A DNA stretch of 64,000 nucleotides from Candidatus Polarisedimenticolaceae bacterium (GTDB taxonomy: Bacteria; Acidobacteriota; Polarisedimenticolia; Polarisedimenticolales; Polarisedimenticolaceae): NCBI GenBank assembly GCA_963790785.1, contig CAWBPP010000007.1, positions 61,537 through 125,536 on the forward strand, given 5' to 3'. The position numbers were made by a program, and so were the translations under genes. The notes beneath the pieces are model-generated. The model was not told the origin of the DNA, did no database searches, and saw nothing but the letters and a program-made list of their open reading frames with translations. Positions 49,641 through 64,000 of the stretch are shown here, piece by piece (position 1 is the stretch's first letter; the number at the start of each line of letters is the position of its first letter).

Positions 49641-51157
49641 GATCTCCACGCTCCTCCGCGATGCACCCACTTCCAGTACGAGCGGGTTCCGCCGCCCTTC
49701 ATCTCGGACGCCCGGGCCGAACGCTGTTCCAGTTCACGGAAGTGGGCCACCGACGCGGCGATGACGGCGATCTCCTTCAACCAGGTGTCCTGCCCCGGCG
49801 TCAGGAGCTCCGGATGCTCTTCCAGGTAACCGGTGTGCAAATCGCCGGCCACGAAATCCTCCGAGTCCATCAACTTGCGATGGAACGGCACCGAAGTACG
49901 GATGCCGTCGGCGCGAAACTCGTCGAGGGCGCGGCGCATCCGTGCAATCGCCTGCGGGCGGTCGGCGGCCCAGACCACCAGCTTGGCCAGCATCGGATCA
50001 TAGAAGATCGGGATCTCGTAACCGGCGTAGACGCCGCCATCGTACCGGACACCCGGCCCCTGGGGCGGCCGCAGGCCCCGGATCGTCCCTGGCGATGGCA
50101 TGAAGTTCCGTGTCGGATCTTCGGCAATGATACGGCACTCTATAGAGTGGCCCCGCAGCTCGATGTCTTCCTGGGCGAACGGCAGCTTCCCGCCGGCGGC
50201 GATCTCGATCATGGTCCGCACCATATCGATGCCGGTGACCATCTCGGTTACCGGATGCTCCACCTGCAGGCGGGCGTTGACTTCCATGAAATAGAAGGAT
50301 CCGTCAGCGCTCCGCAGGAATTCCACCGTTCCGGCGGAACTGTAGCCGGCCGCCTGGGCAGCTTTTACCGCCAGTTCTCCGATCATCACCCGATCTTCGG
50401 GCGTCACCACCGCCGACGGGCTTTCCTCAATCAGCTTCTGGTGCCTACGCTGGATGGAGCACTCCCTCTCCCCCAGGTGGACGCAGTTGCCGTGCTGGTC
50501 CGCGAACACCTGGACCTCGATATGTCGCGGCTTCACCACGAGCTTCTCGAGGAACACGGTGTCGTCGCCGAAGGCCGAGGCCGCCTCGCCCTTGGCCTGG
50601 GCCAGAAGGGAAGGGAGTTCGTCTGCGGCATGCACTATCCGCATCCCCTTTCCGCCGCCTCCGGCGGATGCCTTCAGCAACACCGGATAACCGATCTCCT
50701 CGGCCTGGGCCAGCACCTGGTCCTTGTCGTCGGTCAGGGGAGGTGTACCCGGCACCACCGGCACACCGGCGTCCATCATCAGCTTCCGGGCCCGGACCTT
50801 GTCGCCTATGGCTTCCATCGACTCGGCGGTCGGACCTATGAACACTATTCCGGCCTCTTTACAGGCTCTGGCGAAACCGGAGTTCTCCGACAGGAAGCCG
50901 TACCCCGGGTGGATCGCTTCGGCGCCGGTCTCTCTGGCCGCATCCAGGATGCGGTCGATGCGCAGATACGACTCGGTGGATGGCGGCGGGCCGATACGGA
51001 CAGCCTCCATCGCCATGCGAACGTGCAAAGCGTCCCGATCGGCGTCGGAATACACGGCCACCGTCCGGATATTCATCTCGTGGCAAGCTCTTATGATCCG
51101 GACCGCGATCTCGCCACGATTGGCGATCAAGATTTTTTTAAAGGGGGATGTTGCCAT
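49637..51157 (-). CDS. accC: Biotin carboxylase subunit
   Basis: [39 protein letters not shown]; ATP-grasp. Confidence 0.9.
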   Translation of the reverse strand: MATSPFKKILIANRGEIAVRIIRACHEMNIRTVAVYSDADRDALHVRMAMEAVRIGPPPSTESYLRIDRILDAARETGAEAIHPGYGFLSENSGFARACKEAGIVFIGPTAESMEAIGDKVRARKLMMDAGVPVVPGTPPLTDDKDQVLAQAEEIGYPVLLKASAGGGGKGMRIVHAADELPSLLAQAKGEAASAFGDDTVFLEKLVVKPRHIEVQVFADQHGNCVHLGERECSIQRRHQKLIEESPSAVVTPEDRVMIGELAVKAAQAAGYSSAGTVEFLRSADGSFYFMEVNARLQVEHPVTEMVTGIDMVRTMIEIAAGGKLPFAQEDIELRGHSIECRIIAEDPTRNFMPSPGTIRGLRPPQGPGVRYDGGVYAGYEIPIFYDPMLAKLVVWAADRPQAIARMRRALDEFRADGIRTSVPFHRKLMDSEDFVAGDLHTGYLEEHPELLTPGQDTWLKEIAVIAASVAHFRELEQRSARASEMKGGGTRSYWKWVHRGGAWRS

Positions 51158-52685
51158 GTTTCTTCCTGGGGTTTTCGTCCCGCTTGTTTTCCAGGAGGCG
51201 CAGGGAGGCGATCAGTTTGGACCGGGTCACCGACGGCTCGATCACTTCGTCCACGTACCCGCGCTCCGCCGCAATGTACGGGCTGGCGAATTTGGTGCGG
51301 TACTCGTCCGCCAGTTCCCGGCGCACCGCATCGGGATCTGTGGCGTCGGCGATCGCCCGGCGGTTGATGATGTTTACGGCGCCGTCGGGTCCCATCACCG
51401 CAATCTCCGCCGTGGGCCAGGCGAAATTGAAATCGGTGCGGATGTGCTTGGACGCCATGACGCAGTACGCGCCGCCGTACGCCTTGCGCGTAATCACCGT
51501 GATCTTCGGCACCGTCGCCTCGGCGTAGGCGTACAGCAGCTTGGCGCCGTGAACGATAATGCCGCGGTACTCCTGGTCGGTGCCGGGGAGGAAGCCGGGT
51601 ACATCCTCGAAGGTGATCAGCGGGATGTTGAAGCAATCGCAGAACCGGACGAAACGTGCGCCCTTCACCGAAGCGTCGATGTCCAGCACGCCGGCCAGCA
51701 CCGCCGGCTGGTTGGCGATGATGCCCACCGCTTGCCCGCCCAGACGGCCGAAGCCGACAACGATGTTCCGGGCGAAATGCTCATGGACTTCCAGGAACCG
51801 GCCGTCGTCCACCACTGCGGTAATGACCTTCTTGATGTCGTACGGCTGGTTCGGGTTCAGCGGCACCACCGAATTCAGAGTGTCCTCCCGGCGGTCTTCC
51901 GGATCGTCGGTAGGCGCCGGCGGCGGGTCTTCCATGTTGTTGGACGGCATGAACGACAGCAGTTCCCGTATCAGCAACAGGGCGTCCCGGTCATCGTCGG
52001 TGGCGAAGTGGGCCACCCCGGATTTGGAGTTATGGGTCATCGCCCCGCCCAGCGCTTCCTTGGTGACCTCTTCGTGGGTAACCTGGCTGATGACGTCGGG
52101 ACCGGTGATGAACATGTAGGACGTGTCCTTCACCATCACGGTGAAGTCGGTGATCGCCGGGGAATAAACCGAACCGCCGGCGCACGGACCCATGATCGAC
52201 GAGATCTGCGGCACCACGCCGGAGGCGATGGTGTTCCGCAGGAAGATATCGGCATAGCCGGCCAGGGAAACCACCCCTTCCTGGATCCGGGCGCCTCCGG
52301 AGTCGTTGAGCCCGATGATCGGGGCGCCGACCTGCATCGCCATGTCCATCAGCTTGCAGATCTTCTCGGCGAACGCCTCCGAGAGGGAGCCGCCGAACAC
52401 TGTGAAGTCGTGGGCGAACACGAACACGGCCCGGCCGTCGATCCGGCCATGGCCGGTAACCACGCCGTCGCCGGGAATGCGCTGGCTGTCCATGCCGAAG
52501 TCATGGTTGCGATGAACCACCAGCGCGTCGAACTCCTGGAAGGAACCGGGATCCAGGAGGGCGTCGATGCGCTCCCGCGCGGTGAGTTTGCCCGCCGCGT
52601 GCTGTTTCGCGATTCTGGCTTCGCCGCCGCCCTGGCGGCTGTCTTCGTAGCGCTTCCTAAGCTCTTCCAATCGTTTCGCTTCCAT
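51138..52685 (-). CDS. Acyl-CoA carboxylase carboxyltransferase subunit (PccB/AccD5-like)
   Basis: [14 protein letters not shown]...[18 protein letters not shown]...GGARIQEG...; ~515 aa. Confidence 0.9.
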   Translation of the reverse strand: MEAKRLEELRKRYEDSRQGGGEARIAKQHAAGKLTARERIDALLDPGSFQEFDALVVHRNHDFGMDSQRIPGDGVVTGHGRIDGRAVFVFAHDFTVFGGSLSEAFAEKICKLMDMAMQVGAPIIGLNDSGGARIQEGVVSLAGYADIFLRNTIASGVVPQISSIMGPCAGGSVYSPAITDFTVMVKDTSYMFITGPDVISQVTHEEVTKEALGGAMTHNSKSGVAHFATDDDRDALLLIRELLSFMPSNNMEDPPPAPTDDPEDRREDTLNSVVPLNPNQPYDIKKVITAVVDDGRFLEVHEHFARNIVVGFGRLGGQAVGIIANQPAVLAGVLDIDASVKGARFVRFCDCFNIPLITFEDVPGFLPGTDQEYRGIIVHGAKLLYAYAEATVPKITVITRKAYGGAYCVMASKHIRTDFNFAWPTAEIAVMGPDGAVNIINRRAIADATDPDAVRRELADEYRTKFASPYIAAERGYVDEVIEPSVTRSKLIASLRLLENKRDENPRKKHGNIPL

Positions 52686-52692
52686 GGTTCCC

Positions 52693-53333
52693 TCAGGAGG
52701 ACATCGTTTTCCAATCGGCCATGAATTGCTCAAGACCGCTATCGGTTAGCGGGTGCTTGATCATCTGGGTCACCACCTTGTACGGGATAGTGGCCACGTC
52801 GGCGCCGGCCAGGGCCGCTTCCACCACATGCATCGGTGACCGGATGGAGGCGGCCAGGATCTCGGTCTCAAAATCGTAGTTGTCGTAGATCACACGGATC
52901 TGCCGGATCAGGTCCATGCCCTCATGGGAGATGTCATCCAGCCTGCCTACGAACGGACTGATGAACGAAGCGCCGGCCTTGGCCGCCATCAGCGCCTGGT
53001 TCGGCGAGAAGCACAGCGTGACGTTGACCTTGATCCCCTTGTCCCGCAGTTCCTTGCAGGTCTGCAGGCCTTCTATCGTCAGCGGCACCTTGATGGTGAT
53101 GTTCGGGTGGATCTTCGCAAGCTCAAGACCCTGCTCCAGCATGCCGTCCCGGTCCAGGGCGACGACCTCGGCGGAGATCGGACCGTTGACGATGCTGCAG
53201 ATCTCGCGCAGCACCTGGTGGAAGTCACGGCCTTCCCGGGCCACCAGGCTCGGGTTGGTGGTTACGCCATCCAGGATCCCGAGGCTGGCCGCCTCCCGGA
53301 TCTCGTCTACGTTGGCCGTATCAATAAAGAATT

Positions 53334-53337
<4 letters not shown>
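52693..53337 (-). CDS. tal: Short transaldolase (Fsa/TalC subfamily)
   Basis: [31 protein letters not shown]...FISPFVGR; 214 aa. Confidence 0.85.
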
Positions 53338-58228
<4,891 letters not shown>

Positions 58229-58371
58229 TCACCGTCTCTGCCGCGCGTCACCCCATCGCCGGCCCCATCGGGCCTGGGCGCGGGATCCCGCCGGGAACGA
58301 AAGGGCGGTGAGTAGGGGGAACCGCCCGGTCTCTAATACCACGGGACATTAAGATGATATTCTAGCGCGAA

Positions 58372-59484
58372 TCAGACGATGACGGAAACGGTCCCGTCCT
58401 GCACCCGGACATGGCGGAACGGTACGCCCAGGCGGAGGGCGGAATCCTCCTTGGAAGTAGCCACGATCGCCTGGAACCCCCCTGAATACAGATACTTGGC
58501 AAGCACCGCGCCCCGCTCCTCGTCCAGATCGGCATCGAAGTCGTCCATGAGAAAAACCGGAGCTTCCTCCAGGACCTCCTGGAGACGAGCCAGCTTGGCC
58601 AGTTTCAGGGCGACCATCGCACCCCGGACCTGGCCGGCGGACCCGAATTTCCGCAGATCGATGCCGTCCATCTCCACCACCAGATCATCCCGATGGGGCC
58701 CCGAAGCTGTGAACCCGAGGCCGACATCCCGGTCCCGGTTTTTCGCAAGGGCGGCCAGCAGGCTCTCCTCGTACGCCGACGGGGCCGCCTCCCGGCAGGA
58801 GGCCGGCGAAGGCAGATAGCGCAGGGTCAGGTCGGCGCCGTCGGGATAGAGGCGCCGGCAAGGGTCTCCCAGCTTGCCGGCCAGGAGAACGGCGTACTCC
58901 CGGCGAAACCGGTGGACCCGGCCGGCCGTCTCGGCCAGCCGCTGGTCCCAGGCCTGGAGTTGGCGTGAGGCAGAACTGCTGCCGGCCATCCCGCGAAGCA
59001 GTGCGTTGCGCTGGGCCCGTACCTGACGGTACTCACCCAGCACCCGCAGGAAAGACGGGGTGAGGCTGACGATCCCGCGATCCAGGAACCGGCGCCGCTC
59101 GTCGGGACCGCCGCGCAATACCTGCATACGCTCGGCGGTCAGGTCCACCAGGCCGAGACGGCCGATGTAGTGCTCGAACTGCAGGTGAAGTCCGTCGGCA
59201 AGCAGAGCCCTGTCCGGGCCATCCTGAATCACCGCCAGGCTGGACTCGCCGCCGCGCCAGGCGAAGGTTCCGGCCACCCGCATGGGGCCGCCGGACCAGG
59301 AAACTAATTCATCCGGTTTCCTGGTTCTGAAGGAACGGCCGGTGGCCAGCAGATAGATCGATTCCAGGATGCTGGACTTACCCTGTCCGTTCCGGCCGGA
59401 CAGGACGGTGAGACCTGCATCCAGATCGCAAGAAACTGCGCGCAGGTTCCTCAGGCGATCGGATTCGACCTTCCTGAGCCACAC
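58372..59484 (-). CDS. recF: DNA replication and repair protein RecF
   Basis: Walker A GRNGQGKSSILE; position between dnaN and gyrB. Confidence 0.9.
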   Translation of the reverse strand: MWLRKVESDRLRNLRAVSCDLDAGLTVLSGRNGQGKSSILESIYLLATGRSFRTRKPDELVSWSGGPMRVAGTFAWRGGESSLAVIQDGPDRALLADGLHLQFEHYIGRLGLVDLTAERMQVLRGGPDERRRFLDRGIVSLTPSFLRVLGEYRQVRAQRNALLRGMAGSSSASRQLQAWDQRLAETAGRVHRFRREYAVLLAGKLGDPCRRLYPDGADLTLRYLPSPASCREAAPSAYEESLLAALAKNRDRDVGLGFTASGPHRDDLVVEMDGIDLRKFGSAGQVRGAMVALKLAKLARLQEVLEEAPVFLMDDFDADLDEERGAVLAKYLYSGGFQAIVATSKEDSALRLGVPFRHVRVQDGTVSVIV

Positions 59485-59496
59485 CCGATCGGGAAC

Positions 59497-60645
59497 CTAC
59501 AGGAGGTGCATCGGCATGATGACGTAGCGGTAGTCGGTGGTCCCCGCCGGTTCGGGGCGCAACTGCCCCGGCTTGTCGCCGGCGCTGCCGCTCGGTCCCT
59601 CGCCTTCCTTCACCGGGTCGAGTTCCAGCAGAACGTTGGCGGTGCCGACCACGTTCAGAAAATCCTGGAAGTACCGGGCATTAAACCCTATGTCCACCGC
59701 GTCTCCGTCGTAATCTACCGGCAGCGCTTCCTGGGCGTTGCCCATGTCCGACTCATAGCTCAGTTCCAGTTTGCCGGCGGCAAGGGAGAACCTCACCGCC
59801 TTCCCGTAACGGTCACTGGCCATGAGGGAGACCCGGCGCACCGCAGCAAGCAGGTCCGCGGTAGGCACCGCCACCGAGAGGGCGCACGACTCCGGCATGA
59901 CGTTCTCAAAGCTTGGGAACGGACCTTCCGGAATAGTGGAGACCATTTCATGGCCGGCCAGCCGGAAGAACACGTGGTTACCCTTCATCCCGAACTCTAC
60001 CTTTTCTTCGTCTGTAAAATCGGCAGACAGTTTCATGACCTCGGCCAACGCCTTGCGAGGGACTATGACCTGAATCTTCCCCCCGGGAACGTCCAGATCC
60101 ATCTGCTGCTGGCAATAAGCCAGACGATGGCCATCGGTGGCCACCAGGAGGATCCCCGATGATTCCACCCGCAGCAAGGCGCCGTTCAGGGAGTACCTGG
60201 GGTCTTCCATGGTGATTGCAAAAGAAACACGTTCAATCATTGAGCGCAGGAGTTTGCCGGGCAGACTGACCGGAACCTTCCCCAGTTCGGGGAAGTCCGG
60301 GAAATCGTCCGGCGCATGGCCGGCCAGTTTGAAACGGGATCGTTCGCAGGAAATAGCCATCTGGTTATTGTCCTGCAATTTGAACTGGACCTCGGCGTCG
60401 GCCAGGGACCTGGCGATGTCCAGCAACTTGGCGGCAGGCAGGGTAACTGTGCCATTCTTCACCACCGTGGCCGTTACCGCCCCCCGTATGCTGACTTCCA
60501 GGTCACTGGCCCGGATGTGCAGTCCATCTTCTTTCGCTTCCAGAAAGAGATTGGCAAGGATCGGCAGCGTCGCTCGTTTTTCAACGACACCTGCGATGGT
60601 CTGCAATTCGTGAACGAGATCGTTCTTTCGGATCACGAACTCCAT
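59497..60645 (-). CDS. dnaN: DNA polymerase III beta sliding clamp
   Basis: MEFVIRKNDLVHELQTIAGVVEKRATLPILANLFLEA. Confidence 0.95.
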   Translation of the reverse strand: MEFVIRKNDLVHELQTIAGVVEKRATLPILANLFLEAKEDGLHIRASDLEVSIRGAVTATVVKNGTVTLPAAKLLDIARSLADAEVQFKLQDNNQMAISCERSRFKLAGHAPDDFPDFPELGKVPVSLPGKLLRSMIERVSFAITMEDPRYSLNGALLRVESSGILLVATDGHRLAYCQQQMDLDVPGGKIQVIVPRKALAEVMKLSADFTDEEKVEFGMKGNHVFFRLAGHEMVSTIPEGPFPSFENVMPESCALSVAVPTADLLAAVRRVSLMASDRYGKAVRFSLAAGKLELSYESDMGNAQEALPVDYDGDAVDIGFNARYFQDFLNVVGTANVLLELDPVKEGEGPSGSAGDKPGQLRPEPAGTTDYRYVIMPMHLL

Positions 60646-60893
60646 GATAGGTCCTTCTCTCCGATCTATCCCTTCAAACTATTCATCAAGAGATAGAGAC
60701 AGTAGTAACAGTAACGGCGTGGAAACTGCGGAAGGAAGCACAACCACCTTGTTTGCTATCGGTTGTCAAAAGCTCCCGATGCGGATGGATTGCGGATGCC
60801 TTATCGCGTTGGTCCACTCCTTCTCATTCTTCCTCAGGATCTGTCGAATGTCCACAATCGTTCCACCGCTCGGTTTGTTGAAAAGTAGCAAAT

Positions 60894-62297
60894 CTAATTC
60901 AGGTTCTGTTCAAAATTTTCCAGCAGGCGCTGAAACTCGCTGTCCTTCTTCTTACGAAGTTCTATCTTCTGAATGGCGTGGATCACCGTGGAGTGATGCT
61001 TGCCGCCGAACTGGCGTCCGATCTCCGGAAGAGAGCAGTTGGTCAGTTGCTTGCACAGGTACATCGCTATCTGCCTGGGGAAAGCGATGCGCTGGCTGTT
61101 GTTCCGGGATTTGATTTCGTTGTTCTTTAGGTTGTAATAATTACAGATTACCCGCTGGATCTGTTCCAGGGTCACTGCCGGGGAGTTGGGCGCCAGGAAC
61201 TCTTTGAGGGTTTCACGGGCCAGGTCCAGATCGATTTCCCGTCCGGTCATGGAGGCGTAAGCGATCACCCGGATCAGCGCTCCCTCCAGTTCCCGGATAT
61301 TGGATTTACAGTTGGATGCGATGAGCAGGGAGACGTCGTCAGGGACGTTGGCTTGTTCCGCCTCCGCCTTTTTCAGGATGATCGCGACCTTGGTTTCCAG
61401 GTCCGGCGGCTGGATGTCGGCGATGAGTCCCCACTCGAACCGGCTGCGCAGGCGTTCTTCCAGGGTCGGAATATCCCGGGGCGGGACGTCGCTGGTGAGT
61501 ACGATCTGCTTCCCGCCGTCGTACAGGGCGTTGAAAGTGTGGAAGAACTCCTCCTGGGTGCGCTCCTTGCCTGCGAGGAACTGGATGTCGTCAATAAGGA
61601 GAATATCGATGTTGCGGTACTTGGCTTTGAAGTCCAGGGCTTTCTCGAAGCGGATCGAGTTAATCAACTCGTTCATGAACTGTTCCGACGACAGGTAGAC
61701 CATCCGGGCCGCCGGGTTCTGCACCCGGACCCGGTTGCCGATGGCCTGCATCAGATGGGTCTTGCCCAGGCCGACGCCGCCGTAGATGTACAGGGGGTTG
61801 TAGCTGTGGGTCGGCTGGTCGGCCACCGCCATGGCGGCGGCATGGCTGAACTGGTTGCAGGACGAGACCACGAAGTTGTCGAATGTGTACCGGGTGTTCA
61901 ACCGTGGCTGGAGATGGCCCGGGCCGACTGCCGGCTCCGGATTCTTTCTCAGGAGCGCCGTTTTCTTCATCGCCGGACCCTCCGGCAGGAACTGTACCGA
62001 CAGCCCGGAACGTTTGAGATCTTTTAAAACATTTTGAATTATTCCGTTGTAATTGGTCCGCAACCACTCGGCGAACCAGCTGTTGGGAACCCGCACCGAT
62101 ATGCTGGAAGGATCCTCGCTGATGAAGCGGGTCGGCCGGAACCAGGTGTTGTAGGAATGGGTGTTGACCTTGGCGCGTACACGCTCCAGGATCTGGTTCC
62201 AGGTGTTGGTTTCCGTGGTCACTTCCAAGGCTTGAATCTCCCGGCCCGCCCTATGTGTGGCGCCGATGGAACGCCTATTTGCCAACAGGTTTTCCAC
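60894..62297 (-). CDS. dnaA: Chromosomal replication initiator DnaA (N-terminal start uncertain)
   Basis: AAA+ GGVGLGKTHLMQAIGN; C-terminal HTH. The true start may be an internal non-ATG codon near LEVTTETNTWNQIL. Confidence 0.95.
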   Translation of the reverse strand: MENLLANRRSIGATHRAGREIQALEVTTETNTWNQILERVRAKVNTHSYNTWFRPTRFISEDPSSISVRVPNSWFAEWLRTNYNGIIQNVLKDLKRSGLSVQFLPEGPAMKKTALLRKNPEPAVGPGHLQPRLNTRYTFDNFVVSSCNQFSHAAAMAVADQPTHSYNPLYIYGGVGLGKTHLMQAIGNRVRVQNPAARMVYLSSEQFMNELINSIRFEKALDFKAKYRNIDILLIDDIQFLAGKERTQEEFFHTFNALYDGGKQIVLTSDVPPRDIPTLEERLRSRFEWGLIADIQPPDLETKVAIILKKAEAEQANVPDDVSLLIASNCKSNIRELEGALIRVIAYASMTGREIDLDLARETLKEFLAPNSPAVTLEQIQRVICNYYNLKNNEIKSRNNSQRIAFPRQIAMYLCKQLTNCSLPEIGRQFGGKHHSTVIHAIQKIELRKKKDSEFQRLLENFEQNLN

Positions 62298-62944
62298 ACG
62301 TGTGGAAAACCCACAAAACCGCTAAATCTCACATTTGCATGATGTTCGGAACACGGGCTCGAAACAGGGCCCGAGAGTTATGTTAACTGAAAAGGAGGTG
62401 CTCTGTAAAGTGTTGAGAAAACAGACGTTTGTCGCAATGACCAAGGTGGCGTCCACAGCTTCAAAGCCCCCACATGGCCTGGGTTGAACAGGCCGACCAG
62501 TAGCCGGAAACCGATTGCATTGACCCGTGCAGAGTCGAACAGACGGGCGAGGTTAACACACGGTGGAAACCGTCCACAATGACGAAAAAGGTCTGTGGGG
62601 TGCCACGTGTCCGGTGCACCCCTAAAGCTGCCCTGTGTTCTCGTTGCAGACAAAGCTGTTAGGCGCCCGCAGGCTGTCGTCCGACCCGGCTGAAAAATTT
62701 TTCCTCCACCCCTCCCAGCCGCCCGGATCGGCCTCCCTGAAAAGGGGACATTGCACATTATCTTTAAATTCTTAGCCGATCTTAGGTGCCGCGTGTATCA
62801 CTCCCTCCCAGCTATAAGAATTGCAGTCTAGCGTGTAATGTCCCCGGTTGTGGTCCCGGCTTGACAGGTTTCTCGCACCTAAATAAGATGTCGGTTTGCA
62901 TACGGCCGATTCCGAGAGAAAACGGATACCGAGGGATAGCGATC
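62286..62944. promoter_or_regulatory. oriC: DnaA-box-like 9-mers plus AT-rich DNA-unwinding element between dnaA and rpmH
   Basis: Inverted box pair TTTTCCACA / TGTGGAAAA at 62290-62309. Further box-like sites at ~62451, ~62562-62580 and 62701. AT-rich cattatctttaaattcttag at ~62757-62776. One more box-like TGTCCACAA lies in the dnaN-dnaA spacer (~60850). Confidence 0.6.
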
Positions 62945-63079
62945 ATGAAACGTACGTTTCAGCCGAACAACCGGAAGCGTCACAAAAAGCACGGCTTCCT
63001 GAGCCGGATGAAGAGCAAGGGGGGCAAGTGTGTCATCGCCAGGCGGCGCAGAAAGGGACGGCAACGTCTCGGGGTGTAA
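62945..63079 (+). CDS. rpmH: 50S ribosomal protein L34
   Basis: [44 protein letters not shown]. Confidence 0.9.
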   Translation: MKRTFQPNNRKRHKKHGFLSRMKSKGGKCVIARRRRKGRQRLGV

Positions 63080-63425
63080 TTCTTTCCCGCCCAAGCTTCG
63101 ACTCACAAGCCGCCGTCAGTTTCAGGCGGTTTATAAACAAGGCCGCCGGACCGGGACCGCGTCATTCACCATGTTCGGGCTCTCGAACGACCAGGCCGGT
63201 CCTAGGCTCGGCATCACCGTTACGCGGAAGGTCGGGAACGCCGTCAGACGGAACCGGATCAAACGAGTGTTCCGTGAAATCTTCCGGCAAAACTTGCACC
63301 AGCTCGATGCGGCCCTGGACCTGGTGATCAATGCTCACCGGGGGATCGATGCCGACGGGTTCCGCAATCTGGAGAGCGAGTTCCTGCTCAGTTTCAGGCG
63401 TCTCGCCCGGGGGACCAGGATGTGA
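63030..63425 (+). CDS. rnpA: RNase P protein component (start codon uncertain; ORF overlaps rpmH 3' end by ~50 nt)
   Basis: [17 protein letters not shown]...[25 protein letters not shown]. The only standard start upstream of the conserved N-terminus is GTG 63030, inside rpmH. Confidence 0.75.
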   Translation: MSSPGGAERDGNVSGCNSFPPKLRLTSRRQFQAVYKQGRRTGTASFTMFGLSNDQAGPRLGITVTRKVGNAVRRNRIKRVFREIFRQNLHQLDAALDLVINAHRGIDADGFRNLESEFLLSFRRLARGTRM

Positions 63426-63670
63426 AGGTCAGGACTCCGGTCATCGGACTCCTCCGCTTCTACAAGGCGGCGATCTCGCCCTACCTGCCGCCGGCCTGCC
63501 GCTTCGAGCCGACTTGTTCCGTTTACGCCGCCGAAGCCGTGGAACTCCACGGCGTTATGCGCGGCAGCTATCTGGCCGTCCGCCGGCTGCTCCGTTGCCA
63601 TCCGTTCCACAAGGGCGGTTTCGATCCGGTCCCTCCGGCCGGTTCCCCCAGCGCCGGTCCAGCCCGGTAG
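63422..63670 (+). CDS. yidD: Membrane protein insertion efficiency factor YidD
   Basis: [34 protein letters not shown]. Confidence 0.85.
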   Translation: MKVRTPVIGLLRFYKAAISPYLPPACRFEPTCSVYAAEAVELHGVMRGSYLAVRRLLRCHPFHKGGFDPVPPAGSPSAGPAR

Positions 63671-63705
63671 AATCAGGGCCTTCAGCCCGACGAGAAGAAT
63701 GACCC

Positions 63706-64000
63706 GATGGAAAAACGTGCACTGATCGCCATAGCCCTCTCCTTCCTTATCATGCTTGCATGGCAGGCCTGGTTTGCTCCGGAGCCCGCCCCGGTGGGCG
63801 CCGCCCCGGCGCAACCGGCGGATACGATCCACCGGCCGGCTTCCGACACGGAGACGTTACCCGCCGCAGAGCCGGAGATTACCGGGGAGCCGGAACCGTT
63901 GCTGGAGGCGATGGCGGATACGGCGGAACGGCAGGTGCGGTACGAGAGCGATCTGTTCGACATCACCCTGTCCAACCGCGGGGGGCGGGTGCTGTCCTGG
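63706..64000 (+). CDS. yidC: Membrane protein insertase YidC (N-terminal part; continues beyond window)
   Basis: MEKRALIAIALSFLIMLAWQAWFAP signal anchor, periplasmic domain begins. No stop before the window end. Confidence 0.85.

Overview
High-GC (about 65%) bacterial chromosomal segment that spans the replication origin. The right half (42.7-64 kb) is core housekeeping. It reads ykgJ-like / rpoD / dnaG / rpsU; larB-like; pilZ-like; hup; an acyl-CoA carboxylase operon (carboxyltransferase-accC-BCCP); transaldolase; gyrA-gyrB-recF-dnaN-dnaA; an oriC with DnaA-box-like 9-mers and an AT-rich DUE; then rpmH-rnpA-yidD-yidC. The middle (about 10.9-31.4 kb) is an accessory, mosaic region anchored at a tRNA-Met(CAT) gene at 31326-31402. 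It consists of gene cassettes separated by copies of the tRNA 3' end (an exact 49-nt copy at 26804-26852, a 20-nt copy at 24655-24674, a degenerate copy at 16066-16163) and by a co-occurring ~120-nt 'U' repeat family (four copies). The cassettes are:
- a lipid-modification operon that looks like the furan/methylated fatty-acid (UfaD/UfaO/UfaM-like) sigmaE-ChrR regulon module: amine-oxidase-like desaturase, DUF1365, two CFA-synthase paralogs, DUF1295; nearby Blc lipocalin, OsmC, DUF2177, renalase-like oxidoreductase, a DUF2141-MipA fusion;
- a membrane-anchored ECF sigma/anti-sigma pair;
- a lower-GC MBOAT + SGNH-like acylation island;
- a low-GC island with an rsgA-like GTPase;
- a diverged ~1.9 kb segmental duplication (OsmC + GH16 glucanase), one copy decayed, plus a blc remnant.
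The left end (1-10 kb) carries a KefF-like quinone reductase (partial), a sensor-less PP2C phosphatase, a Yip1-YdbS-YdbT membrane-protein cluster, DUF1846, lipoproteins and a Ycf48-like propeller. Other notable sequence features are a 6-copy GGGGACAGTCCCC tandem array, a ~140-bp MITE-like palindrome after hup that shares a motif with the oriC DUE, and a ~4.7 kb secreted metalloprotease gene broken into at least five frames. At least two of the frame breaks in the window (MBOAT, ydbT) are fixed by removing one base from a homopolymer, so several 'pseudogenes' here may be uncorrected indel errors. No integrase, transposase, CRISPR array or rRNA was found.
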